A stretch of DNA of 64,000 bases from Gemmatimonadota bacterium (GCA_040905505.1 JBBDRL010000109.1:4509-68508), one strand, 5' to 3'. Numbered from the stretch's first letter, positions 28,128 through 37,341 are shown. Translations and numbers: made by a program. Notes: generated from the sequence alone by a model not told the origin.

Positions 28128-29372
28128 CTACTCGTCCCCTGGCGGCTCGTTGCCGTCCGTGAGGGTGAGCGCGACGCGAGCGATGCGCCGTCCGTCCATC
28201 GAGATCACTCGCAATCTGCCGCCGGGAAACGCGACTTCGTCGCCGGCCTGCGCGATCCGCCCGAGCGCACCGAAAACGAAGCCGCCGACGGTGTCGAATA
28301 CATCCTCTGGTAGTTCGAGATCGTAGCGATCGTTGACGTCGGACAGCGGCACCCCACCAGAGATCCGGGTCTCGCCGCTCGCCTCTTCCTCGAATGGCAG
28401 CGGCTCGATCTCGTGCTCGTCCTGGATCTCGCCCACGATCTCCTCGATGAGGTCCTCCAGCGTGACCAGACCCGCTGTCCCTCCGAACTCGTCCAGCACG
28501 ATAGCCATCTTGATTCGCTCCTGCCGCATCTCTCGGATCAGGTCCTCCGCCGACTTCGTCTCCGGTACGAACTGCGGCGGTCGCATGATCTCGCGAAGAT
28601 TGCGCACCCCTTCCCGCTCTGCCCGCCATAGATCACGCGCCAGTACGATGCCGATCACCCGGTCCAGACTTCCTTCGAAGACCGGCAGCCGCAGATGACC
28701 ACGGTCCAGCATGATGTCCTCCACTTCGGCGAGCGACGCGTCGGCCGACGTCGCCACCACGGAGGTGCGGGGGGTCATCACGGTGCCGACGCGCACGTCC
28801 TCGAGATTCATGACGTTGCTCACCACCTGCCATTCGTCCTCGTCGATGGTTCCCTCCCGGCGCCCGATCTCCGCCATGACCTCCAGCTCCGATCGACTGA
28901 CGGTGACCGTCGTCCCCCCGCCGCGCGTCAGCAATCGATTGAATATGGCGAGCGGCACCAGCACCGGCTTCATCACCACGATCATCACCCGCAGGGTATG
29001 CGCGGTGAAGCTGGCGAGCCGCTTCCAGTACGTCGCGCCGAGCGTTTTGGGGATGATCTCCGAGAACAGTAGGATGGCCAGGGTCAGCAGTGCGGAGAAG
29101 AGGGCGACCCAGCGGCTGCCGAAGACCTGAAGGGCGACCGCGCCACCCATGGAAGCGCCGACGGTGTGTGCGATGGTATTGAGCGTCAGAATGGCGGCGA
29201 TCGGCTCTTCGATGTTCGTGCGCATCCGGCCGAGCATCACGCCGACGGGGTCTCCGCGCTCCTGGAGTACGGCGATGTGTGAATGCGTGATCGAGAGCAG
29301 TACGGCTTCGAGCACCGAGCACAGAAAGGAAATCGCCAGCGCGAAGCCGACGACCAGAAAGAGAGTCGTCAT
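28128..29372 (-). CDS. CNNM/DUF21 - CBS pair - CorC_HlyC family protein (hemolysin-like or Mg/Co efflux-related)
   Basis: 414 aa with four N-terminal TM helices, a CBS pair and a C-terminal transporter-associated domain. Confidence 0.85.
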   Translation of the reverse strand: MTTLFLVVGFALAISFLCSVLEAVLLSITHSHIAVLQERGDPVGVMLGRMRTNIEEPIAAILTLNTIAHTVGASMGGAVALQVFGSRWVALFSALLTLAILLFSEIIPKTLGATYWKRLASFTAHTLRVMIVVMKPVLVPLAIFNRLLTRGGGTTVTVSRSELEVMAEIGRREGTIDEDEWQVVSNVMNLEDVRVGTVMTPRTSVVATSADASLAEVEDIMLDRGHLRLPVFEGSLDRVIGIVLARDLWRAEREGVRNLREIMRPPQFVPETKSAEDLIREMRQERIKMAIVLDEFGGTAGLVTLEDLIEEIVGEIQDEHEIEPLPFEEEASGETRISGGVPLSDVNDRYDLELPEDVFDTVGGFVFGALGRIAQAGDEVAFPGGRLRVISMDGRRIARVALTLTDGNEPPGDE

Positions 29373-29666
29373 CGTTGCCTGCGGCGGAGCTCGTGCAGCG
29401 CCGGACTGCCGCTGAAGAGTCGGCCTGAGCGGCTGAATACACCAGCGGCAGGGGCGCGGTACGTTGCGCGAATCGCGGCTTCGCTTCTAGCTCCGGACCC
29501 GTGGCCCCACCCGACAAGGCTGGGCGCGGAGCACATCGGCCGTCTGGCCGGAGGTCGGAGCGAGCAGGACGGAGGTTTCTCGCTCACGGATCGAATATAA
29601 CCTCGTTGGTAGACACCCTCAATCGGAGCACCCCGCACCCCGGGGAGCATGCGCTTGCTGGATGCG

Positions 29667-29691
29667 CCGGCAAACAGACACCGGCAAACAG
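29667..29691 (+). repeat. Tandem direct repeat CCGGCAAACAG x2 just upstream of a -35 box
   Basis: The copies lie at 29667-29677 and 29681-29691, are identical, and are spaced 14 nt start to start. The second copy ends 8 nt before TTGACA. Confidence 0.6.
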
Positions 29692-29699
29692 GCCCCTCC

Positions 29700-29727
29700 T
29701 TGACAAGGGAGCAACGGAACCTATAGC
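29700..29727 (+). promoter_or_regulatory. Sigma-70-type promoter candidate of the sulfite-reductase operon leader
   Basis: TTGACA (29700-29705), a 16-nt spacer, then TATAGC (29722-29727). Confidence 0.5.
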
Positions 29728-29831
29728 ATTCCGTGACTGCGATGTCGTGATAGCAGATTCATACGGTCCAGCGCAAACCAGATCCAGAAGTCGTGATTCA
29801 CCCACGTAACCGCTCCTGTCGTTGTTGTGCG

Positions 29832-29903
29832 ATGTCCGCCTGTCCCATGTGCCGGGACGGGGGGTGGAGCTTGTGCGCGGGTATACAGGGCGGTGAGATG
29901 TAA
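29832..29903 (+). other. Candidate leader mini-ORF (23 codons, 3 Cys and 3 Met)
   Basis: ATG TCC GCC TGT CCC ATG TGC CGG GAC GGG GGG TGG AGC TTG TGC GCG GGT ATA CAG GGC GGT GAG ATG TAA encodes MSACPMCRDGGWSLCAGIQGGEM. It ends 27 nt before terminator T1. No clear SD is present. Confidence 0.25.
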
Positions 29904-29929
29904 CGCCTGATTCCAAGCTGGCTCTTCCA

Positions 29930-29963
29930 CCCGGTCCGTCGGTATGCGGATCGGGCTTTTTTT
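29930..29963 (+). terminator. Intrinsic terminator T1 in the cysI leader
   Basis: CCCGGTCCG (29930-29938) pairs with CGGATCGGG (29947-29955) with one G-U pair and an 8-nt loop. It is followed by C and T7 (29957-29963). Confidence 0.7.
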
Positions 29964-29966
29964 GTG

Positions 29967-30004
29967 CCGTTTTCCAGGAAAATGCTTCCGGAAAGCGGGT
30001 TTTT
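29967..30004 (+). terminator. Intrinsic terminator T2 in the cysI leader
   Basis: CCGTTTTCC (29967-29975) pairs with GGAAAGCGG (29990-29998), with an inner GGAA/TTCC helix. It is followed by G and T5 (30000-30004) and lies 22 nt before GTG 30027. Confidence 0.7.
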
Positions 30005-30026
30005 ACACCGACTTCGACACACTTGA

Positions 30027-31736
30027 GTGAATGGCATGAGCACCATCATCGACGATATAGCCCTGAGCGAGGTCGAGAGGACGAAGCTGGAGAGCGGCGG
30101 CCTGCGCGGCTCTCTGCCCGACGAGCTGGAGAACGCAGTCAATCACCTTTCGGAGGACGCCAAGCAGCTTCTGAAATTCCACGGGTCTTACCAGCAGGAG
30201 GATCGTGATCAGCGCCGGGAGCGGAAGCGTGCGGGGCTCGAGCCGGCCTATAGTTTCATGATCCGCAGTAAGCTTCCCGGCGGTGTCGTCACGCCGGAGC
30301 AGTACATCCTCCACGACGACCTCGCGGACCGCTACGGTGACGGAACCCTACGCGTGACGACGCGCCAGGGATTTCAGCTCTACGGGGTGCTCAAAGGAGA
30401 TCTTCGCTCGAGCATCCACGATCTGAACGAGGCGCTGGTTACGACCTTCGGCGCCTGTGGCGACGTCGTCCGCAACGTCTGCACCTGCCCGGCTCCATTG
30501 CCCGGCGGGCTGCGTCAGGAAGTGATCGAGCTCGCACGGAGCGTCACGGACGAAACCCTGCCGCGTTCGACCGCCTACCACGATATCTGGGTCGAGGGCA
30601 CCAAGGTGACGAGCGCAGTGGAAGCCGAGCCGGACCCGCTCTATGGTGAGCGATATCTCCCCCGGAAATTCAAGATCGCTTTCGCTTTCCCCGAGGATAA
30701 CTGCACGGACGTCCACTCCAACGATCTCGGCTTCGTGGCGATTCAGCGCGACGGCCGTATCGAAGGCTTCAATGTGCTGGTCGGCGGCGGGATGGGCCAG
30801 ACGCATGGCAAATCGGAGACGTTCCCACGTCTGGCCGATCCGCTGGGCTACGTCGAGTCCGGTGAAGTCATCGAAGTGGCGAAAGCGGTGATCGCCGTCC
30901 AGAGGGATCACGGCAATCGCGAGAATCGCAAGCGAGCGCGGCTGAAATATCTCATCGACGAGCGAGGTGTCGAATGGTTCCGTGGCGCGGTGGAAGCGCA
31001 GCTCGGACGGCCGGTCGAGCCATCGGCTGCCGTCGAGGTCTCGGGCATCGAGGACCACCTCGGCTGGCATCGGCAGGATGACGGCCGGTTCTTTCTCGGG
31101 GTCTGGGTGGAGAACGGTCGTATCAAGGACTCCGGGACGCTCAGATTGCGAACCGCTCTGCGTACGCTCGTCGATCGCTTTCGGCCCGACGTGCACCTGA
31201 CGCTACAGCATAACGTCATTCTCGCGAACGTTCCCCCGGAGCACCGGCCGGAGGTCGACCGCATTCTCCTCGAGCACGGTGTCGTTCCGCCAGAGCATGT
31301 CGCCCTGGCGAGACGCTACGCAATGGCTTGCCCGGCGATGCCCACATGCCCGCTGGCGTTGGCCGAGTCCGAACGCGTACTGCCGGAAGTCATCGACGAG
31401 CTCGAGGTCGCGTTGGCACGCCTCGGTCTCAACGGTGAGTCGCTGACGATCAGGATGACAGGGTGCCCCAATGGCTGCGCACGCCCGTACACCGCGGACC
31501 TTTCGTTCGTCGGCAGGTCCCTTGGTAAATACGTCGTCTACGTCGGCGGGAACATGGAAGGAACGCGGCTCGGCTCGATCTACGCCGACCTCGTTCCGCT
31601 CGACGATCTGGTCGAGACCGTGCGGCCCTTGTTCGAGCGCTTTGGAGCGGAACGGGAGGAGGCTGAGCGCTTCGGTGACTTCTGGGCGCGCATCGGCCTC
31701 GAGCCTTTGCCTTCGGCTGCGCGGCTGACCAGGTGA
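30027..31736 (+). CDS. cysI: Assimilatory sulfite reductase hemoprotein (CysI/Sir type, siroheme-[4Fe-4S])
   Basis: 569 aa with FHGSYQQEDRD, LPGGVVTPEQ and the cluster cysteines ACPAMPTCPLA and TGCPNGCARP. The start could be ATG 30036. Confidence 0.9.
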   Translation: MNGMSTIIDDIALSEVERTKLESGGLRGSLPDELENAVNHLSEDAKQLLKFHGSYQQEDRDQRRERKRAGLEPAYSFMIRSKLPGGVVTPEQYILHDDLADRYGDGTLRVTTRQGFQLYGVLKGDLRSSIHDLNEALVTTFGACGDVVRNVCTCPAPLPGGLRQEVIELARSVTDETLPRSTAYHDIWVEGTKVTSAVEAEPDPLYGERYLPRKFKIAFAFPEDNCTDVHSNDLGFVAIQRDGRIEGFNVLVGGGMGQTHGKSETFPRLADPLGYVESGEVIEVAKAVIAVQRDHGNRENRKRARLKYLIDERGVEWFRGAVEAQLGRPVEPSAAVEVSGIEDHLGWHRQDDGRFFLGVWVENGRIKDSGTLRLRTALRTLVDRFRPDVHLTLQHNVILANVPPEHRPEVDRILLEHGVVPPEHVALARRYAMACPAMPTCPLALAESERVLPEVIDELEVALARLGLNGESLTIRMTGCPNGCARPYTADLSFVGRSLGKYVVYVGGNMEGTRLGSIYADLVPLDDLVETVRPLFERFGAEREEAERFGDFWARIGLEPLPSAARLTR

Positions 31737-31743
31737 GGCGACT

Positions 31744-32481
31744 ATGATCGGCCACGCCAGGGGCCCCGCTTCGCAGGGGAGCGCCCCCGCCCCCGATGGG
31801 CGGCACGCCGCGAGTGCGGCGGCGCTGAACGCGAGACTCGAGGGACGATCGCTGGAAGACGCGCTTGCGACGGCGGCAGAGGCTTTCGACGATGGTCGTC
31901 TGGCCGTGCTTTCGGCATTCGGACCGGGAAGTCTCGTTCTCATCCACGCCCTCCATGAGCTGAGCGTCCGGCTCCCGGTCCTGTTCATCGATACGCTGCA
32001 TCACTTTCCGGAGACCCTGCAGCACGTCGAGCGTGTCCGCGACCGGTACGATCTCGACCTGCGGGTATTCCGCGCCTGCGACAGCCGGGCCGAGTTCGAG
32101 AATCACCACGGACCGCGGCTCTGGGAACGCGACCTCGACCGCTACCACCAGATCTCCAAGGTCGAGCCATTCCGCCGCGCCATTGCAGACTTCGACGGAT
32201 GGATCACCGGGCGTCGACGCGAACAGTCGGATTCGCGCGCCGACCTGCCACTGGCGAGCGGATCTCCACAGATCCGGGTCAACCCGCTCGCCCCGTGGAC
32301 TCGGGCGGATGTCTGGCGGTTCATCCTCGCGCGCGGAGTTCCGTACAACCCGCTGCACGATTGCGGATATACGAGCATCGGTGATCAGCCGCTTACGTCG
32401 CCCGCTGCCGATGACGAGCCGGAGCGGGCGGGCCGTTGGCGCGGCTCGGACCGGAGCGAATGCGGCATTCATCTTCAGTAG
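31744..32481 (+). CDS. cysH: Phosphoadenosine phosphosulfate (PAPS)-type sulfonucleotide reductase
   Basis: 245 aa with a C-terminal ECGIH motif. It lacks the CC and CxxC Fe-S cysteines of APS reductases (YTSIGDQPLT instead of SIGCxPCT). Confidence 0.85.
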   Translation: MIGHARGPASQGSAPAPDGRHAASAAALNARLEGRSLEDALATAAEAFDDGRLAVLSAFGPGSLVLIHALHELSVRLPVLFIDTLHHFPETLQHVERVRDRYDLDLRVFRACDSRAEFENHHGPRLWERDLDRYHQISKVEPFRRAIADFDGWITGRRREQSDSRADLPLASGSPQIRVNPLAPWTRADVWRFILARGVPYNPLHDCGYTSIGDQPLTSPAADDEPERAGRWRGSDRSECGIHLQ

Positions 32482-32487
32482 AGCATC

Positions 32488-34101
32488 ATGAAAGCAACGA
32501 TTGTCGGTGGCGAGCAGTCCTCCGAGGGCCGCGACCACCTCGCCAGGGTTTATCTGGTCGGTGCGGGTCCGGGCGACCCGGGGCTCCTCACCCGACGGGC
32601 AGCCGGCCTCCTCCGCAGGGCTGACGTCGTCGTCCATGACGCGCTCGTCGGTCGTGCAATTCTGGAGCTCGTCGCGCCGGATGCCGAAGTGATCGACGTC
32701 GGAAAACGGTGCGGTGGCCGTCATACCCGGCAGGGATGGATCAACGACCTGCTGATCGAGCGATCCCGGAGCGCAGCCAAGATCGTGGTCCGGCTAAAGG
32801 GCGGAGACCCGTTCGTCTTCGGGCGGGGTGGGGAAGAGGCGCTGGCGCTGCACGAGGCGGGCGTTCCCTTTCGCATCGTTCCCGGAATTACCGCGGCGGT
32901 CGGCGTAAGCGCATATGCGGGAATTCCCCTGACGCACCGGGGCCTGTCGTCGTCCGTGACCTTCGTGACCGGCCACGAATGCACCGGGAAGCGCACGGAC
33001 GGTGTTGATTGGGATGCGCTCGGCCGTCTCGATGGTACGCTCGCCATCTATATGGGCGTCGGGGCGCTTGCACGAATCGCGGGACGTCTGGTGGCGGCAG
33101 GCCGCTCGCCGTCAACACCGGCCGCCGTGATCGAATGGGGAACGTACGCCAGACAGCGGACGGTGACCGGTCCGCTGGCGCAGATCGCTGCGCTCGCGAT
33201 GGCGTCGGGAATTGGTGCCCCCGCCCTGGTCGTGGTCGGCGAAGTCGCCGCCCTCCACGAGCGCCTCTCCTGGTTCGATCAGCGCCCGCTCAGCGGCGTC
33301 CGGATACTCGTAGGCCGCTCCCGACCCCAGCGCTCTCGCATCGCCGCCGCGCTGTCGCATATGGGGGCCGACGTTCTGGAGCACCCGATCCTTCGTGTCG
33401 CGCCCGCTCCGCGACCCGCGAACGTCGACGCGGGTTTTTCGACGCTTTCACGCACCGACTGGGTCGTCTTCACTTCATCCGCCGCGGTTTCACGCTTCTG
33501 GGTGGAAGCCGCGGACCGCGGCCTGGACTCCAGATGCCTCGGCGCCGTACGGGTCGCGGCGTTCGGCCAGGCGACTGCCGATGCACTGCGGTCCTGTGGC
33601 ATCGTCGCGGATGTTCACGTCCGCAACTTCCGACCGGAACGGGCGCTTGCCGAGTTCGCCCGATTCGGGCCCTTGAGCGGAAAGCAGGTCCTGTTTCCGA
33701 GGGAGGCTCACCTCGATTCGCCGATCGCGGCGGCGATTCGTGCCGCGGGCGCTCGCGTGGAGGAGCTCGAGATATTTCGAACCGTGGTCGACGAGACGCC
33801 TGACCACTTCCACCGGGAAGATGCCCTTCCGCATCCCGACTTCATCGTCCTTCCGTCCTCGTCCTCGGCGCTTGCAATCGCTGATTTGCCAGAGGCCAGC
33901 CAGCCTGGCATCCGGGTCGTGGCGATCGGGGAGCGGACCGCCGCGACAGCCAGGTCGCACGGCCTGCGCGTCGATGCCGTTGCGGGTCGTTCAACGGTCG
34001 AGGGCATCGTCCGCGTCATCCAGGACCTGGTCGCCGAAGCGGAGCGACCCATTCGTGCGGATACCGCCGCCATGGACGGCGTTCGTCTGGTGCTGGCTTG
34101 A
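32488..34101 (+). CDS. cobA: Fusion of uroporphyrinogen-III C-methyltransferase and uroporphyrinogen-III synthase
   Basis: The N-terminal part (VYLVGAGPGDPGLLT, LKGGDPFVFGRGGEE) is SUMT. The C-terminal ~250 aa are HemD-like. Confidence 0.85.
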   Translation: MKATIVGGEQSSEGRDHLARVYLVGAGPGDPGLLTRRAAGLLRRADVVVHDALVGRAILELVAPDAEVIDVGKRCGGRHTRQGWINDLLIERSRSAAKIVVRLKGGDPFVFGRGGEEALALHEAGVPFRIVPGITAAVGVSAYAGIPLTHRGLSSSVTFVTGHECTGKRTDGVDWDALGRLDGTLAIYMGVGALARIAGRLVAAGRSPSTPAAVIEWGTYARQRTVTGPLAQIAALAMASGIGAPALVVVGEVAALHERLSWFDQRPLSGVRILVGRSRPQRSRIAAALSHMGADVLEHPILRVAPAPRPANVDAGFSTLSRTDWVVFTSSAAVSRFWVEAADRGLDSRCLGAVRVAAFGQATADALRSCGIVADVHVRNFRPERALAEFARFGPLSGKQVLFPREAHLDSPIAAAIRAAGARVEELEIFRTVVDETPDHFHREDALPHPDFIVLPSSSSALAIADLPEASQPGIRVVAIGERTAATARSHGLRVDAVAGRSTVEGIVRVIQDLVAEAERPIRADTAAMDGVRLVLA

Positions 34102-34103
34102 AG

Positions 34104-35564
34104 ATGGCAACGCAGCCCCGTCGGCCGACGACCACGCGCCGCGCGGCCTCGCTGATCCTCGTCGGGCACGGTTCACATCTCAGCGCGGACTCGAGCGCAC
34201 CGGTCTATGCCCACGCCGCCCGGATCCGCGCGCTGGGCGTCTTCGACGAGGTCCTCGAGGCCTTCTGGAAGGAGGAACCCTGCCTTCGGGACGCGATCGA
34301 CCTGACCGTGGGCGACGACGTCTGGATCGTACCCGTCTTTCTCGCCGAGGGCTATTTTACCCGCCAGGTCGTTCCCCGCGAGCTCGGCCTGGACGGCCCG
34401 CTGCTGGCGCCCGGCCGACGCCGCATTCGCTACTGCCCGCCTGTCGGAACCCATCCGGCGATGGCCGACCTGATCCTGGCGCGGGCACGAGCCACAGCCG
34501 AGCTTGACCCCGCCGCCCACGAGCGAGCCGCCCTGCTCGTCATCGGGCACGGAACCGACCGCAGCGAAACGTCTGGCGACACGCTCTATGGTCTTGTGGA
34601 CCAGCTCCGGCGCACGAGCGGCTTCGGTCTAGTCGAATGTGGATTTCTGGACGAAGAGCCCTCGATCGCCAGCGTTCTGGACACGGTCCGGGCAGAACAC
34701 GTCGTCCTGGTCCCGTTCTTCGTGGCGGAGGGTTGGCACACGAGGTCCACGATACCGCAGGACCTGGGGCTCGAGGGCGCGGTGACGGTTCGCGACGGGA
34801 TGACCCTCTGGTACACGCCTCCTGTCGGCACCATGGACGAGATCTCGGCTACGATACTTGCGATCTGTTCGGACAATGGCGCAGTGCTCGGGCCCCCGAG
34901 CCGCGTGGCGGACCGTGAGCCCCAGACGGAGCTGGCCCGTGCCCGTTCATCCTTCCTGGAGCGGCTTGCCATGGCCCCCCCTGACGGTATCGAGTTCCTC
35001 CAGCTCCGGATTGAAGTCGACGCCGCCAGAGGCCAGTTCCGGCTGCGGAACGCACGAGATTCGGGCCTTACCGAAGAGTCGCTGATCCGCTACTGCGATC
35101 CCGAAGCCGCCCTCGAAGTGGCACGCGCGACCGGATCGGGCGCCTACCGCCCCCTTCGGTTCGCCGCCGACCTTCGGCATGGGTGGATTTTGACCGGCCT
35201 GAACGTGGATGGTCTCTGGCGAGCACTGGACCTGCTCTATCCCGGTGCCGTCCTACACTGGTCTCGGATGCTGCAGGACCGGATCGAGACCGTGCCCTTC
35301 ACCCGGTGGGCCGCGCGCCAGACGGGGATCTATTCCGGCGTTCGCGATCTGCCGCTGGATCGGCTGTCCACCGTCGTCCGGTCCTGCTGCGAACGCCGGG
35401 AATGCCTGCGCACACGTAGCTGGGAGGCTGAGGAGCTGAAGAATACGGGAAATGCGGTGAACCGGGTGCCCTGCGTCGAACCCTGTACCCTCTTCGCAGG
35501 CGCCGCACGTGAGCTTCTCGATTCCAATGATGCTTGCCACAGCCGCCCGGCGTCATCAGCTTGA
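34104..35564 (+). CDS. Sirohydrochlorin chelatase (two CbiX/SirB domains) fused to a DR2241-like Cys-rich C-terminal domain
   Basis: LILVGHGSH and LLVIGHGTDR mark the two CbiX repeats. The C-terminus is SCCERRECL...VPCVEPC. TTG 34098 is an alternative start. Confidence 0.75.
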   Translation: MATQPRRPTTTRRAASLILVGHGSHLSADSSAPVYAHAARIRALGVFDEVLEAFWKEEPCLRDAIDLTVGDDVWIVPVFLAEGYFTRQVVPRELGLDGPLLAPGRRRIRYCPPVGTHPAMADLILARARATAELDPAAHERAALLVIGHGTDRSETSGDTLYGLVDQLRRTSGFGLVECGFLDEEPSIASVLDTVRAEHVVLVPFFVAEGWHTRSTIPQDLGLEGAVTVRDGMTLWYTPPVGTMDEISATILAICSDNGAVLGPPSRVADREPQTELARARSSFLERLAMAPPDGIEFLQLRIEVDAARGQFRLRNARDSGLTEESLIRYCDPEAALEVARATGSGAYRPLRFAADLRHGWILTGLNVDGLWRALDLLYPGAVLHWSRMLQDRIETVPFTRWAARQTGIYSGVRDLPLDRLSTVVRSCCERRECLRTRSWEAEELKNTGNAVNRVPCVEPCTLFAGAARELLDSNDACHSRPASSA

Positions 35565-35626
35565 TCCAGGTGCGTCGCTCACCGCGTACGGCCGTTCGCT
35601 CCTTCCAACTTCCGCACGAGAGACCA

Positions 35627-37222
35627 ATGATCGCACTGATCGCGCGCGGCAGCGCCATCCTGCTCTGCGCCACCACATTCACGCTGATCCCACGCCCCTC
35701 CGCAGCGCAGGGGGCCAACCTGGACGCCCTTCTGGAAGAGGTCACCGCCCACGTCGAGGGGAACCGCAAGCTGACGCAGGTCATGGTCGACAAGATCTTC
35801 AGCTTCTCGGAGCTCGCCTTCCACGAGGTCGAGACCTCGCGATACCTGGTCGAGATGCTTCGGGAGAACGGCTTCGAAGTCGAGGAAGGGATCTCCGGAA
35901 TGCCGACCGCTTGGGTCGCGCGGTGGGGCTCCGGCGAGCCCGTGATCGCTTTCGGAAGTGACATCGACGGCATTCCGAAGGCTAGCCAGAAACCGGGCGT
36001 CGCATACCACGACCCGATCGTGGAAGGCGCCCCGGGCCACGGCGAAGGCCACAACTCGGGTCAGGCGGTCAACGTCACGGCGGCGCTCGCGGTGAAGGAG
36101 ATCATGGAGCGAGAAGGCATTCAGGGGACGCTCGTTCTATGGCCAGGCGTCGCCGAGGAGCTGCTCGGCGCCAAGGCATGGCTCGTCCGAGATGGACTGT
36201 TCGACGACGTGGATGCCGTCTTCTTCACCCACGTCAGCAGCAACCTGAGCGTCACCTACGGGCAGGCGAGCGGTACGGGCCTGGTCTCGGTGGAGTTCAT
36301 CTTCAACGGCGAGTCCGCCCACAGTGCGGGTAGCCCCTGGCGTGGCCGCAGCGCGCTGGACGCCGCGGTCCTCTTGGATGTCGGCTGGAACTTCCGTCGC
36401 GAGCACCTCCGGCCCGAGCAACGCTCGCACTCCATCTACTCCGACGGCGGCGACCAGCCCAATGTCGTGCCCTCCCGAGCCGCGATCTGGTACTTCATCC
36501 GGGAGCTCGACTACCCGGACATCCGCCGGAACTTCGATACCGCCATCCGCATGGCCGAAGGTGCCGCGCTGATGACGGATACGGAGATGGAGTACCGGAT
36601 CCTGGGCGCGGCGTGGCCTCGGCACTTCAACAAGCCCATCGCGGAGCTCATGGATCGTCACATCCAGGCCGTGGGTCTGCCCGAATTCACCGAGGACGAT
36701 CATCGGCTCGCCCGAGCCGTCCAGGACGCGGTCGGCAGCGATCCGGATGGGCTCGCCACCTCACTCAACGAGCTCGAGGCGCCCTCCGGGCCGCGTAGAA
36801 GCGGCGGCTCGGATGACATCGGCGACGTCTCGTGGACCGTCCCCACCGTCACGTTGCGCTTCCCCTCCAACGTCCCGGGTCTCCCCGGCCACAACTGGTC
36901 GAGCGGCATCGCGATGGCGACGCCCATCGCACACAAGGGCGCCACCGCCGGGGCCAAGGTAATGGCCCGTACCGCTCTGGAGATGTTTCTGAACCCAACC
37001 CACGCTGACGAGGCGTGGGCCTATTTCGACGACGTCCAGACACAGGACATGGAGTACGAGTCATTCATCGGACCGGACGACCCCCCCGCCATCTGGCTCA
37101 ATACGGAGATCATGGACCAGTTCCGGCCGCGCCTCGAGCCGTTCTACTTCGATGAGACGCGATATGATACCTATCTCGAGCAGCTCGGTATCGAGTATCC
37201 CACCCTTCAGCCGGCGCCGTAG
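35627..37222 (+). CDS. M20-family amidohydrolase (AbgB-like), secreted
   Basis: ATG 35627 gives a signal peptide (MIALIARGSAILLCATTFTLIPRPSAAQ). It contains GHGEGHNSG and an M20 dimerisation-domain pattern. Confidence 0.8.
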   Translation: MIALIARGSAILLCATTFTLIPRPSAAQGANLDALLEEVTAHVEGNRKLTQVMVDKIFSFSELAFHEVETSRYLVEMLRENGFEVEEGISGMPTAWVARWGSGEPVIAFGSDIDGIPKASQKPGVAYHDPIVEGAPGHGEGHNSGQAVNVTAALAVKEIMEREGIQGTLVLWPGVAEELLGAKAWLVRDGLFDDVDAVFFTHVSSNLSVTYGQASGTGLVSVEFIFNGESAHSAGSPWRGRSALDAAVLLDVGWNFRREHLRPEQRSHSIYSDGGDQPNVVPSRAAIWYFIRELDYPDIRRNFDTAIRMAEGAALMTDTEMEYRILGAAWPRHFNKPIAELMDRHIQAVGLPEFTEDDHRLARAVQDAVGSDPDGLATSLNELEAPSGPRRSGGSDDIGDVSWTVPTVTLRFPSNVPGLPGHNWSSGIAMATPIAHKGATAGAKVMARTALEMFLNPTHADEAWAYFDDVQTQDMEYESFIGPDDPPAIWLNTEIMDQFRPRLEPFYFDETRYDTYLEQLGIEYPTLQPAP

Positions 37223-37341
37223 ATCCACCGACTCGCGGCACGGCGACAGCGCCTCACCGATGTCTGCCGGGTCGCTTGATGCACCTGGGGAGGGCGTGAC
37301 CGCCACCCCCTCCCCATGTTTTCAGCGACCCGTTCCGGCGT

